A stretch of 64,000 nucleotides of DNA from assembly GCA_030390025.1 (NCBI GenBank), contig CM059432.1, positions 5,270,001 through 5,334,000 of the forward strand, in the 5' to 3' direction. The stretch comes from Squalus acanthias. Its lineage: Eukaryota. The notes below the pieces were generated by a model that saw only the letters and a program-made list of their open reading frames with translations, searched no databases and was not told the DNA's origin. A program made the translations under genes and the position numbers. Positions 24,813-37,894 of the stretch are shown piece by piece (position 1 is the first letter of the stretch; every line of letters begins with the position of its first letter).

Positions 24813-25277
24813 TGTCAGCCATGGCTCAGTGGGCAGCACTCTCTCTCACCTTTGAGTCAGAAGGTTGTGGGTTCAATTCCCACTCCAGGGACTTGAGCAC
24901 ATAAATCTAGGCTGACACTCCAGTGCAGTAATGAGGGAGTGCTGCAGTGTCAGAGGTGCCGTCCTTCGGATGAGACGCTAAACCGAGGCCCCGTCTGCTC
25001 TCTCAGGTGGATGTAAAAGATCCCACGGCCACTATTTCGAAGAGCAAGGGAGTGCTCCCCGGTGTCCCGGCCAATATTTATCCCTTAATCAACATAACCA
25101 AAAAGCCTCAGATTATCTGGTCATTATCACATTGCTGTTTGTCGAAGCTTGCTGTGCACAATTTGGCTGCCACATTACAACAATGACTACACTCCAAAGA
25201 GTACTTCATTGGTTGTAAAGCGCTTTGAGACGTCCAGTGGTCATGAAAGGCTCTGTATAAATGCAAGTTTTTCTTTA
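24813..25277 (+). mobile_element. Full-length Deu-domain SINE inserted in L2 3' end
   Basis: tRNA-like head, Deu core and tail; L2 resumes at about 25278-25387. Confidence 0.88.
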
Positions 25278-25428
25278 CCTGTCCTGGCTTGGCGTCAATT
25301 GTTTTTATATTGATAACGCTCCTGTGAAGCGCCTTGGGAGGCTTTGCTGTGTTAAAAGTGTTGTATAAATGCAAGTTATTGTTGTTGAGGTAAAAGATAA
25401 ACTCTCAGCTTTCTCTTTTTTTGGTTAG

Positions 25429-25581
25429 CCTCCTCGCTCAGCTTTTTGGACCAGTGCACTTTTGAACTGGAAAATATTTGTGGCATGATTCAAGGCCCAG
25501 AAAACAATGTAGATTGGCAACATGTTACCCAGGCCCTGGCTGGACCTGACAAAGACCACACCAACATGGGCAACTGTGAAG
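25429..25581 (+). CDS. MEP1B: Meprin A beta exon 9 (MAM domain start)
   Basis: SSLSFLDQCTFELENICGMIQ...DHTNMGNCE; AG/GT flanks. Confidence 0.96.
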
Positions 25582-25631
25582 GTAAAGTAATACAGTTTCA
25601 TCGTTATAAAGCATTACTTTATGAAATAACA

Positions 25632-26200
25632 GCGAGTGTCTCACTTCCTGACTCCCCAAAGCCTTTCCACCATCTACAAGGCACAAGTCAGGAGTGTGAT
25701 GGAATACTCTCCACTTGACTTTTTTAAAATTCATTCACGGGATGTGGGCGTCGCTGGCAAGGCCAGTATTTATTGCCCATCCCTAATTGCCCTTGAGAAG
25801 GTGCTGGTGAGCCGCCTTCTTGAACCGCTGCAGTCCGTGTGGTGAAGGTGCTCCCACAGCGCTGTTCGGAAGGGAGTTCCAGGATTTTGACCCAGCGACG
25901 ATGAAGGATCGGCGATATACTTCTGAGAGATCTGGGTGAGTCATTTTATTATCGACGCCCTTACACAAGGGGGTCTCCCAAACCCGCGACCTCTACCGCC
26001 TAGAAGTTCAAGGCCAGGAGGCGCATGGGAACACCACCACCTCCAAGTTCCCCTCCAAGTCACACACCATCCTGACTTGGAAATATATCGCCGATCCTTC
26101 ATCGTCGCTGGGTCAGAATCCTGGAACTCCCTCCCTAACAGCACTGTGGGAGCACCTTCACCACACGGACTGCAGCGGTTCAAGAAGGCAGCTCACCAGC
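25632..26200. mobile_element. Rearranged fragments of a CR1/L2-group LINE in both orientations
   Basis: SHFLTPQSLSTIYKAQVRSVMEYSP; homologous to 34578-35226. Confidence 0.75.
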
Positions 26201-26517
26201 AGCCGCCCCCCACCCCCGCTCCCCCCCCACCCGCCCTGATGGTGGCCAGGCACTGGAATTACGACCCGCACAAATGAGCTGCTCCTCCCACTGACCCTGT
26301 AGATTCCGGCAGAGTAAACACAGGAGAACTTCAGCGGGTACGATCCTGGCGGAACTGATGGGACGACCTCCCATCAAAACACAATTTGATAAATATTTGA
26401 CAATAGGAAGCTATGCTGTCGAAAAGATATCACATTATACGATACTGTATTCATTAAAACAGAGATAAAATAGTGGATACTTTGCTAATTTGATGCTCCA
26501 ATCATTTCACGTGGCAG

Positions 26518-26733
26518 GTAGTGGATACTTCATGCATTTCAGCACTGGCACAGGCCATGTGGGACAGAAGGCCTTTTTGGAGAGCAGGATCTATTACCCC
26601 AAGCGGGGCTTCCAGTGCTTGCAGTTCTACTCGTTCAAGGGTGGAAGTGAACAGGATGAGCTGAACATTTGGCTCCGAGTTTACGATGAAGCTAATCCCA
26701 ATGGCACTTTAACGAAAGTCACTGGAATACAAG
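26518..26733 (+). CDS. MEP1B: Meprin A beta exon 10 (MAM)
   Basis: GSGYFMHF...LESRIYYPKRGFQCLQFY; AG/GT flanks. Confidence 0.96.
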
Positions 26734-27039
26734 GTATGTCAAGCAAGGACAAGGAGTGGGTTTAAATAATAAGTTATTGGTGTGCAATCTGAAGGGTGAT
26801 CGGGCCCTTGCTGCATCAATAAGATGACTGAACATGTCTGATTGCACTCAACACAAAGAGATGACTCCTTGGCGTAACGATGCTTACGGAACACCATTCT
26901 CACTTGTGGGAAAGGAAGTTCTCTCTGTAACTAAATTCTTTTTCTTAAATTGCCATCTCCGGTACATTTCAACAAAACCTCCCCGCATGGCGGTTGTTTC
27001 TTCAAACTTTGTCAACATTTGGCGATGTGTTATGGATAT

Positions 27040-27540
27040 CACAGAAGTTTAAGTTACGAGGAAAAGTTAGAGAAACTGGGCTTGTACTCTTCGAGAAAGG
27101 CGGGAACACTCGGTGACTTAACTGAAGTTTTCAAGATTATATGGAGTACATAATCTTTGATTTGATAGAGGTGTTTAAAATCATGAAGGGTTCGGATAGA
27201 GTAAATAAAGAGAAACTGTTTCCAATGGCTGAAGGGTCGATAACCAGAGGTCACAGATTTAAGGTGATTGGCAAAAGAACCAGAGGCGACATGAGGAAAA
27301 ACTTTTTTATGCATCGAGTTGTTAGATTTGGAATGCGCTGCCTGAGAGGGTGGTGGAAACAGATTCAATAGTAGCCTTCAAAAGGGAATTGGATAAATAC
27401 TTGAAGGAGAAAAAATTGCAGGGATATGGGGAAAGAGCGGGGGGAGCGGGACTAACTGGATTGCTCTTCGAAAGAGCCAGCGCAGACTCGATGGGCTGAA
27501 CGGCCTCCTTCTGTGCTGTACGATTCTATGATTCTATGAC
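27040..27540 (+). mobile_element. CR1 3' fragments
   Basis: DLIEVFKIMKG...TRGHRFKV; ATTCTATG tail. Confidence 0.85.
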
Positions 27541-28192
27541 ACATTGACAAGGTCAGTCCAGACAATTTGTTTTCAGTGTGGCAATTAGTTCAGATACCAA
27601 AGAGAAACAAACTAGGTGTAAGAAGGGAGACTGGTCAGAATATTTTATACAAAGTGCAGTAGACTTCGAGAACGAGGTTACCAGGGAAGGTCATTTGAAG
27701 TTAATGATTCAATTAGCTTTTAAGAGTCAGCGGAGAGTGTTTCTGGAGAGCAGAGAGATTGATGATGATCAGAAGCTGAGTGTGCAGGTGGACAACAATT
27801 AATATGAATGGGCCTGGTAACCATTTCAAATATCATGCTTTGTGTTTTTTAGGGTGGGGACGGGGGTGGAGGGGTCGGGGGGGGGCGAGAGGGATATTTG
27901 GAGCCAAATCAAAGATGCATCACATTTCAACAAATAGGGGCTGATTTTCGATTTTGGGGCTAAGAAACATAGGAATTGCTAGACGAAAAAAGACCAAGTT
28001 CCAACGAGTTGTCCTTCTACCAGCCTGGGAGACCCACACCACATTAATAATGGAGTTATTGACTCATCATAGCAATCAATCTCTGTCAATTAGTCTACAA
28101 CAGACCCAGGAACGACACGGAGAACCAAGCCCCAGAGGTGGAGAGCTCATCACTTGCGCATACGTGTTTCGATATAATTCACCATTCTTATA

Positions 28193-28735
28193 TATGCAGG
28201 TACAGCAAGCAATTAGGAAAGCAAATGGTACGTTAGCCTTTATTGCAAAAGGATTGGAGTATAAGAGTAAAGACATCTTACTGCAATTATACAGGGCCTT
28301 GGTGAGACCACACCTGGAGTAGTGTGTACAGTTTTGGTTTCCTTACCTAAGGAAGGATATACTTGCCATAGATGGAGTGCAACGAAGGTTCACCAGACTG
28401 GTTCCTGGGATGGGGGGATTGTCCTATGGGGAGTAGACTAGGCCTATATTCTCTAGAGTTTAGAAGAATGAGAGGTGATCACACTGAGACATATAAAATT
28501 CTTAAGGGGCTTGACAGGGTAGATGCTGGGAGAATGTTTCCCCTGGCTGGAGAGTCTAGAACCAGGGGGTCACTGTCTCAGAATAAGGGGTCGGCCATTT
28601 AGGACTGAGATGAGGAGAAATTTCTTCACTCAGTGGATGTGAATCTTGGGAATTCTCTACCCCAGAGAGCTGTGGAGGCTCAGTCGTTGATTTTAGTCAA
28701 GACAGAGATCGATAGATTTTTGGATACTAAGGGAA
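28193..28735 (+). mobile_element. CR1 fragment, tail-to-tail with the next CR1
   Basis: MQVQQAIRKANG...LVRPHLE. Confidence 0.9.
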
Positions 28736-31700
28736 TAAGAACATAAGAATTAGGAGCAGGAGTCGGCCATTCGGCCCCTCGAGCCCGCTCTGCCATTCAA
28801 TGAGATCATGGCTGATCTGCGACCTCAAGTCCATTTTCCTACCTTATCCCTATATCACTTAATTCCTCTGGAGTCCAAAAATTTATCGATCTCAGTCTTG
28901 AATATACTCAACGACTGAGCATCCACAGCCCTCTGTGGTAGAGAATTCCAAAGATTCACAACCCTCTGAGTGAAGAAATTCCTCCTCATCGCAGTCCTAA
29001 ATGGCCGACCCCTTATCCTGAGACTATGCCCCCTAGTTCTAGACTCTCCAGCCAGGGGAAATAATCGCTCAGCATTTATCCTGTCAATCCCCCTCAGAAT
29101 CTTATATATTTTAATGAGATCACCTCTCAGAGAGTTTAGGCCCAATCTACTCAATCTCTCCTCATAGGACAACCCTCTCATCCCAGGGATCAATCTAGTG
29201 AACCTTTGTTGCACCGCCTCCAAGGCAAGTATATCCTTCCTTAAATAAGGAAACCAAAACTGTGCACAATACTCCAGGTGTGGTCTCACCAGAGCCCTGT
29301 ACAATTGTAGCAAGACTTCCTTACTCTTATACTCCAACCCTTTTGCAATAAAGGCTAACGTACCACTTGCTTTCCCAATTGCTTGCTGTACCTGCATATA
29401 TAAGAATGGTGAATTATATCGAAACATGTATGCGCAAGTGATGAGCTCTCCACCTCTTGGGCTTGGTTCTCCGTGTCGTTCCTGGGTCTGTTGTAGACTA
29501 ATTAACAGAGATTGATTGCTATGATGAGTCAACAACTCCATTATTAATGTGGCGAATTGCTTGTTGTACCTGCAAGATAACTCTCTGTATTTCCTGTACG
29601 AGGACACCCAAATCTCTCTGAACACCAACATTTAATAGTTTCTTACCATGTAAAAAATATTCTGTTTTTCTATTCTTCCTACCAAAGTGAATAACCTCAC
29701 ATTTCCCCACATTATGTTCCATCTGCCACCTTATTGCCCACTCACTTAGCCTGTCTATATCCCTTTGCTTTTCGTGTCCTCCTCACCGATTACTTCCCAA
29801 CCTAGCTTTGTATCATCAGCAAACTTGGATACATTACACTCGGTCCCTTCATCTAGGTCATTGATATCGATTGTAAATAGCTGAGGCCCCAGCACTGATC
29901 CATGCGGCACCCCACTAGTTACAGCCTGCCAACCTGAAAATGACCCATTTATCCCTACTCTCTGTTTTCTGTCAGTTAACCAATCCTCTATCCATGCTAA
30001 TACCTTACCCCCAACCCCATGCGCCCTTATCTTGCTTAACAACCTTTTATGTGGTACCTTATCGAATGCCTTTTGGAAATCCAAATATACTACATCCACT
30101 GGTTCCCCTTTATCTACCCTGCTCGTTACATCCTCAAAAAACTCTAATATATTTGTTAAACACGATTTCCCTTTCATAAAACCATGTTGACTCTGCTTAA
30201 TCATATTATGATTTTCTAAGTGCCCTGTTACCACTTCCTTAATAATGGATTCCAGCATTTTCCCGATGACTGATGTCAGGCTAACTGGCCTCTAGTTCCC
30301 CGTTTATTCTCTCCCTCCTTTCTTGAATAGCCGGGTTACATTTGCTACCTTCCAATCCGCTGGGACCGTTCTAGAATCTAGGGAATTTTGGAAGATCACA
30401 ATCAATGCATCCACTATCTCTGCAGCCACCTCTTTTAGAACCCTAGGATGTAGGCCATCAGGTCCAGGGGATTTGTCGGCTTTTAGTCCCATTAGTTTCT
30501 CAAGTACTTTTTCTCTACTGATAGTAATTACTTTAAGTTCCTCACTCTTATTAGCCCCTTGGTTTCCCACTATTTTTGATATACTTTTAGTGCTTTCTAC
30601 TGTGAAGACAGATACAAAATATTTGTTGAAAGTCTCTGCCATTTCCTTATTCCCCATTATAATTTCACCTGACTCAGCCTCTAAGGGACCAACGTTTACT
30701 TTTGCTACTCTCTTCCTTTTTACATACTTGTAGAAGCTCTTACAATCTGTTTTGATATTTCTTGCTAATTTACTCTCATATTCTATTTTCACCCTTTTTA
30801 TCAATTTTTTGGTCATCCTTTGCTGGTTTCTGAAACTCTCCCAATCTTCAGGCTTACAAGATTCTTTGCAACATTATAAGCCTCTTCTTTTAATCTAATA
30901 CTATGCTTAAATTCTTTAGTTAGCCACGGGTGGCTCACTTTTCCCATGGAGTTTTTATTTCTCAATGGAATGTATATTGGTTGAGAATTTTGGAATATTT
31001 CTTTAAATGATTGCCACTGTTTATCTACTGTCATACCTTTTCATCTAATTTCCTAATCGACCTTAGTCAGCTCGCCCCTCATACCTACGTAATTGGCTTT
31101 CTTTAAGTTTAAGACTCTAGTGTCGGATTTAAGAATGCCACTCTCAAACTCAATGTGAAATTCTATCATTATGATCACTCTTTCCGAGAGGATCCTTTAC
31201 TATAAGATTACTAATTAACCCTGTCTCATTACACAAAACAAGATCTAAAATAGCCTGTTCCCTGGTTGGTTCCATGACGTATTGTTCTGGGAAACTGTCT
31301 AGAATACATTCTATGAACGCATCCTCTAGACTACCTTTGCCAATTTGATTTGTGCAGTCTATATGCAGATTAAAGTCCCCCACGATTATTGTATTACCTT
31401 TGTTACAAGCTCCTATTATTTCTTGATTAATACTCTGTCCAATGGTACAGCTACTGTTAGGGGGCCTATAAACTACACGCACCGTTGTTTTCTGCCCCTT
31501 GTTATTTCTTATCTCTACCCATACTGATACTATTTTCTGATCTTCTAAGCCAAGATCCTTTGTCGCTACTGTCCTTAAGTCATCCTTAATTATCAGGGCT
31601 ACCCCACCGCCTCCTGTTCCAGTCTGCCTGTCTTTTCGATAAGTCAAGTACCCTGGAATATTTAGTTCCCAACCCTGGTCACCTTGCAACCATGTCTCTG

Positions 31701-31880
31701 TAATGGCGATTAGATCACACCCATTTATCACTATTTGTGCCACTAATTCGTCTAACTTGTTACGAATGCTTCGTGCGTTCAGGTAAAGATCCTTTAGTTT
31801 TATCCTTTTACCATTATTCCCTGCTTTCATCTTATTCGCTGATGCACGATTACCTTTGAACTCTTTGTCCCTTCCTGTCA
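28736..31880 (-). mobile_element. CR1 LINE, essentially complete ORF2, disrupted
   Basis: ORFs 31150-31944, 30304-30816, 29755-30258, 28855-29631 give APE and RT (KFADD). Confidence 0.95.
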
Positions 31881-32098
31881 CACAAGGGATATGGAGATCG
31901 GGCAGGAAAGCGGAGTTGAGGTCGAAGATCAGCCATGATCTCATTGAATGGCGGAGCAGGCGCGAGGGGCCGAATGGCCGACTCCTGCTCCTATTTCTTT
32001 TATGTTCTCACATGTATCTTCTTTCGTGAAATCACGCATAAATTAGAAATGGCTCGGAGATTGCAGAAAAATATTTTTAATTTATTTTTTCGTAACAG

Positions 32099-32572
32099 GC
32101 GCAGGTCTGAATTACTGGCAGCTTCATCATGTTAGCCTGAACGTCTCCAGAAAGTTCCGCGTTGTTTTTGAAGGAGTGAAAGGAGCAGCTGGCTCCACTG
32201 GAGGCATTTCCATCGACGATGTCAACCTCTCAGAAACGCATTGCCCCACGCACGTGTGGCACATCAGGAACTTTACCCGCATTTTAAGCACCAGCCCAGC
32301 GGGGTCTGGTGGCTCAATCTACAGCCCGAGGTATTATTCCAGTGAGGGATACGCATTTCAAATCAAGGTGGACGTAAATGGCACAAGCAGCCGGCCCTTT
32401 TACCTTGGCGTGTATTTCCACTTGGTCAGCGGAAGTAATGATGACCGGCTACAATGGCCGTGCCCGTGGAAGCAAGGGACGATGTTGTTAATGGATCAAC
32501 ATCCAGACATCAGACGTCGCATGTCCCACCAAAGGAGTGTCACCACGGACCCGAATAAAACCACCTCCGAAG
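32099..32572 (+). CDS. MEP1B: Meprin A beta exon 11 (MAM end, TRAF/MATH)
   Basis: WQLHHVSLNVSRKFRVVFEG...SIDDVNLSETHCP...WPCPW; AG/GT flanks. Confidence 0.96.
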
Positions 32573-32658
32573 GTCAGTTGACACCTCGATTAGTCTTTCT
32601 GCTTTCATTTCCAGGTTTTTGCTGTCCACATTAATTGCTGTCTGGCTTTGCTTTGTAG

Positions 32659-32832
32659 GTAAGCTCTTTTGGGACAAACCTGAAAGAGTAGGAAATTTAG
32701 TGACAGAACCGGACGGCACCAAGTATTATCGGGGGCCAGGAATGGGAACCAGTGCGTTTTTATCCCACGAGCGACTGAAAAGCAGAGAGTTTATCAAGGG
32801 AGATGATGCCTACTTTCTTTTAACCGTGGAAG
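32659..32832 (+). CDS. MEP1B: Meprin A beta exon 12 (TRAF end)
   Basis: FWDKPERVG...HERLKSREFIKGDDAYFLLTVE. Confidence 0.96.
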
Positions 32833-33879
32833 GTAAGACTCTGTGTTCTAGACTCGCTGCATTACACCTTACGGTTCAAGAAATATAAAGTAGGCAGTGA
32901 GAAAAGGCCATCGAGCCCATCTACCTCGGAGAGTGAAGTATTAGTATAACTACTACAAGACGTCACCGGTGTCGTTAAAACTGAGCATTTTGTTTTATTA
33001 CAGCACAGAAACAGGCCACTCGGTCCAACTTTTCTTTTTTTTCTTTCTTTAACTGGTCCGTGCCGGTGTTTATCCTCCACACGAGTCTCCTCCCACCCTA
33101 CTTTATCTCATCATATCAGCAAATCCTTCGATTCCTTTTTTCCCTCATGTACTTATTCAGCTTCCCCTTCAATGCATCTATGCTATCAGGTAGCGTAGTT
33201 CCGCATTCTCACCACTCTCTGGATCAAGACGTTTCTCCTGAATTCCCCATTGGATTTATTGGTGACCATCTTATCATTTACGGCCCTTCTAGTTTTGACT
33301 CCTCCACAAAGTGGAAACATCTTCTCTGCATCTACTCCCTCAAACCCCTTCATTATAAGGACTTCTATCAGGTCACCTCTCAATCTTCTCGGTTCAGTAA
33401 GCAGAGAAGAAACCCAGCCTGTTTGAGAGTTACGACCCCCTCAGTTCTGGCGTCATCCTCAGCAATCTTTTTTGCACCTGTGCCTCTATATCCTTTTTGT
33501 AATATGGAGACCAGAACTGTGCACGGTTCAGTAATAAAGAAATCAAAATATATACACCCCTGTTATGTTTAGTAATTCCTAGTTAGGTACACACAAGTAC
33601 TAATCCTTATCTTTGAACACATTTACATCACGAATTAAATATGTAAATCATTTTTGACTAAGTAAATAAATATTAGAGCTATTTCGGTTAATAAATTACC
33701 ATCAATAGACATAGCATGATGGTAAAGTAATTCTTGACATTGCTGAACAGTACCACAGAATTCAGGTTAAATGTTTGAAGAAATCTGCACTTATATTGAT
33801 GTGAAAATGTGTTGGATCAGATGTGACGAGACCAATCATGCAGCGTTCTCCATTGAACTGTGGTACTTTGTCCTTTTAG

Positions 33880-34198
33880 ATGTATTTCATCTTGTTGGCC
33901 CTCAACCTACACCATCAAGACCCAGCCCCACCACTGTTGGTCCTCAACCTACACCATCAAGACCCAGCCCCACCACTGTTGGTCCTCAACCTACACCATC
34001 AAGACCCAGCCCCACCACTGTTGGTCCTCAACCTACACCATCAAGACCCAGCCCCACCACTGTTGGTCCTCAACCTACACCATCAAGACCTGCCCCCAAT
34101 ACCACTGCGAGCGCGACCAGCGAACCAGGACCATGCCTTGACTTTCAATGTAAAAATGATGGTGTCTGCACTGTAGAAGATGGAGAACCTGTATGCAG
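33880..34198 (+). CDS. MEP1B: Meprin A beta exon 13 (PTS-repeat stalk + EGF-like start)
   Basis: DVFHL-(VGPQPTPSRPSPTT)x4+1-...CKNDGVCTVEDGEPVCR; AG/GT flanks. Confidence 0.94.
33894..34103 (+). repeat. Coding 42-bp tandem repeat x5
   Basis: Units start at 33894, 33936, 33978, 34020, 34062. Confidence 0.96.
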
Positions 34199-34269
34199 GT
34201 AATGCCTTTTGTTATCACTGCAATATTAGACTGATTACTAAAAACTAGAAAGTTACTAGAAACTAGAAA

Positions 34270-35412
34270 TAACTTTTATTTCTATAGCACCTTTCGAGAC
34301 CTCAGGACACTTTACAGCCAATCAAGTACTTTTTGAAGTGTAGTCACTGCTGTAATGTAGGAAACGCGGCAGCCAATTTGCACACAGCAAGATCCCACAA
34401 ACACAGCAAGCTCCCACAAACAGCGACGTGATAATGACCAGATAATCTGTTTTTAGTGATGCTGGTTGAGGGGTAACTATTGGCCAGGACACTGGGGGTC
34501 GTGGGGGAACGGCGGGGTGTGGGGGGGGGGGGGGGGGGGGCGGCGGGGGAGGAACTCCCCTGCTCTTCTTCAAATAGAAACTTAACTGGACCAGCCACAT
34601 AAATACTGTGGCAACAAGAGCAGGTCAGGGGCTGGGCATTCTGTGGTGAGTGTCTCACCTCCTGACTCCCCAAAGCCTTTCCACCATCTACAAGGCACAA
34701 GTCAGGAGTGTGATGGAATACTCTCCACTTGCCTGGATGAGTGCAGCTCCAACAACACTCAAGAAGCTCGACACCATCCAGGACAAAGCAGCCCGCTTGA
34801 TCGGCACCCCATCCACCACCTTAAACATTCACTCCCTCCACCACCAGCGCACTGTGGCTGCAGTGTGTACCATCTACAAGATGCACTGCAGCAACTTACC
34901 AAGGCTTCTTCGGCAGCACCTCCCAAACCCACGACCTCCACCACCTAGAAGGACAAGGGCAGCAGGCGCATGGGAACACCACCACCTCCAGGTTCCCCTC
35001 CAAGTCACACACCATCCTGACTTGGAAGTATATCGCCGATCCTTCATCGTCGCTGGGTCAAAATCCTGGAACTCCCTCCCTAACAGCACTGTGGGAGCAC
35101 CTTCACCACACGGACTGCAGTGGTTCAAGAAGGCGGCTCACCACCACCTTCTCAAGGAGCAATTAGGGATGGGCAATAAATGCTGGCCTTGCCAGCGATG
35201 CCCACATCCCAGGAATGAATAAAAATAAATAGTGGCCGTGGGATCTTTTACGTCCAACTGAGAGGGCAGACGGGGCCTCGGTTTAACGCCCCATCTGAAC
35301 GACGGCACCTCCAACAGTGCTGCACTCCCTCAGTACTGCACGGGAGTGTCAGCTTAGATTTTGTGCTCAAGTGACCCAGAGGTGAGAGCGCTACCCACTG
35401 AGCCACAGCTGA
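34270..35412 (-). mobile_element. Deu-domain SINE split by a LINE insertion
   Basis: SINE 3' half 34270-34577 and 5' half 35227-35412. Confidence 0.82.
34578..35226 (+). mobile_element. CR1/L2-group LINE 3' fragment
   Basis: YKAQVRSVMEYSPLAWMSA...WNSLP; A-rich tail; TSD AAATAG (34572, 35227). Confidence 0.85.
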
Positions 35413-35807
35413 CTATTGATACTTATACTGTGGTCCAGATGCCATTTTTCCCCCTTCAGCCCCTGCTTCACCACATGACTTTGCGTATCCATTTATGGCT
35501 CGCCTGGTTGTGGAATATTAGCCAGAGCCAGGATTCTGTCTTGTTCCCTTTCCTTCTCTTGCTCGCCAGACAACAAAGACGGGGAATGCTATTAGGAGGC
35601 AGAGTTATCGCAGCTACCATACAACACAATACCATATTAAAAAGTGTACCATTTAAGAGAATGATTCGTCCTATGATTTTATTTTTCTCTTTCTGTGGGT
35701 AAATACCCCAGCCTTCACTTGGCATTTGCCCTCTGCAATATTGATAGAAATCACTGTGGAGGGAATCATGTGCACAAGACCTGTGTCTCATCACTCCGTC
35801 ATACAGA

Positions 35808-36638
35808 GGGCGCGATCTTGCCAGCCCTGGGGAGGCGGGTTTAGAGGCGTGACTGCCGGGAAATTGGCAGAATCTGGGGGCGGGTGCCCAACCCACCCCC
35901 CAACCCGCCTCCGTGCCATCTTGCCAGGAGGCGGGTAGCTGTCCCGCGCCGGGTCCCGTCTCCTTGGAGACGGGAAGGGGATTAGTGCCACTTAGCTGCC
36001 TGTTAACAGGTAGTTAACAGGCAGAAAATAGGATTATCCCCTTTTTGCCCTCACAAGTGCAGGCTTCCCGAAGGCTCCGAACCCCGCCAGGGTCACCAAG
36101 GCGAGCAGTGGGTCTGCGAGGGTCGGACGGTTGCAAAGGTGTGCTGTGAAGGTAAGTGATGGGTGCAAGTGTGGAGAGGTGAGTATCTGAGGTAAGTGGA
36201 AAGTGTTAGAAAAAGTGTATTTACCTTTGTTTCTTCCTGCAGGCTTCAGTCAGTGGGTATGCGGAAAGTCTCGCACCTACGCAGTGGGAATGCCAGATGG
36301 CCGTTGCATTCTCCAATGCAACAACTATCTCATTTCTGCAAAAGAGAGAGGTTTGATGAGGTCTTGAATTCAAGGCCTCATCAAACTACAGAGAATGTCA
36401 CTGTTTGACAGCTTCACAGAGCTGTCAAACGATAATTCATCTGTCAAATGAAACGTCATACGTTGATGTTCTCTGCAACCGGCTTTCCCTAATTAGCCTG
36501 CTAAGCCCGCTGGGCGGGCTTAACAAGGTCAATCAAGAGAAAATAGCGTGGGTTGGTCAGAAGTTGATGGAGGCGGGACTGAAACCCGACAAGTGGGAGT
36601 CCCGCCTCCAAAAGCTCCCCATTGGCAAAATCACCCCC
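35808..36638. mobile_element. MITE family C
   Basis: TIRs GGGCGCGATCTTGCCA / TGGCAAAATCACCCCC; 3-bp TSD AGA. Confidence 0.68.
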
Positions 36639-36721
36639 AGAGTGTTGCAGCAGTTTTAAGAGTGACCCTTTGAGAAAGACACTGGGGGTAACTTTCAACT
36701 TCAAGCGGAAAACTTCTGGTA

Positions 36722-37178
36722 AAAAGAAAGACTTGCATTTATATAGTGCCTTTCACGACCTCAGGACGTCCCAAAGCGCTTTACAGCCAATGAAATACTT
36801 TTTGAAGTGCAGTCACTGTTGTAATGTAGGAAACTGCGGCAGCCAATTTGCGCACAGCAAGGCCCCACAAACAGCAGTGTGATAATGACCAGATAATCTG
36901 TTTTAGTGATGTTGATTAAGGGATAAATATTGGTCAGGGACACACTCCCTTGCTCTTCTATCAAGATAATGCCATGGGATTTTATAGCTATACCTGAGAG
37001 GGCAGACAAGGCCTCGGTTTAACGTCTCATCCAAAGGATGGCACATCTGACGTTGCAGCACTTGCACTGGACTGTCTATCTTAGATGTTTGTGCTCAAGT
37101 CTCTGGAGTGGGATTTGAACCCACAATCTACACTGACTCAGAGGCGAGGGTGCTACACACTGAGCCACTGGCTGACAC
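36722..37178 (-). mobile_element. Deu-domain SINE
   Basis: Match to other copies. Confidence 0.85.
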
Positions 37179-37894
37179 AAGTGGTAGCAGAATGGCTGCC
37201 CGTTATACACCCTGGCCGAATTTCCTTTCCATCGAAGTTGCACCGCACTTCTGACAAAGTAACACCGGAGTAGCAACAACAAATCCAAGGAATTTCCCGG
37301 CCATAGTCTCAGCGTTGGGTTAACAGAAATGCCTTCGGGTTTGCTCTCATGGCCAACTGAGCCCTTAGATTGGATGCGTATCCTGCAATTCGGTATTTAC
37401 AAACAAACGTCTGGAATTTCCTCGGGGGTCACACAGCATTCCATCGAATTTTACAGCATAGAAACAGGCCATTCGGCCCAACAGGTCCCTATGTTAAACG
37501 GTTTCCGCCGATCTTGCACCAAAGTTTCGGCAGGAGAACCAGTGGTGAGAATGGGGAACTCGCTAACACTTGGAGTAGTTGGGAGGCGAATAGCATAGAA
37601 GCATTTAAGGGGAAGCCTGATAAGTACACGAGGGAGAAAGGTATAGAGGGTTATGTTGAGATGAAGACGGGTGGGAGGAGGCTCATATGGAGCAAGGACC
37701 TGTTGATCCGAATGGTGTAAAATTCTATGTAATGCTCTGTAATCCCCAAGGAAATGCCAGACGTATGTTTGTAAATACACTTAATTATATATTATTCAAA
37801 GCAAAGAAACTCCTTTCTCACCAATGAGCGCATCGCCCTATCACAGTATTTGTGTGCCTCAGTACCTGAGATATTACCCTCTATTATTTTACAG

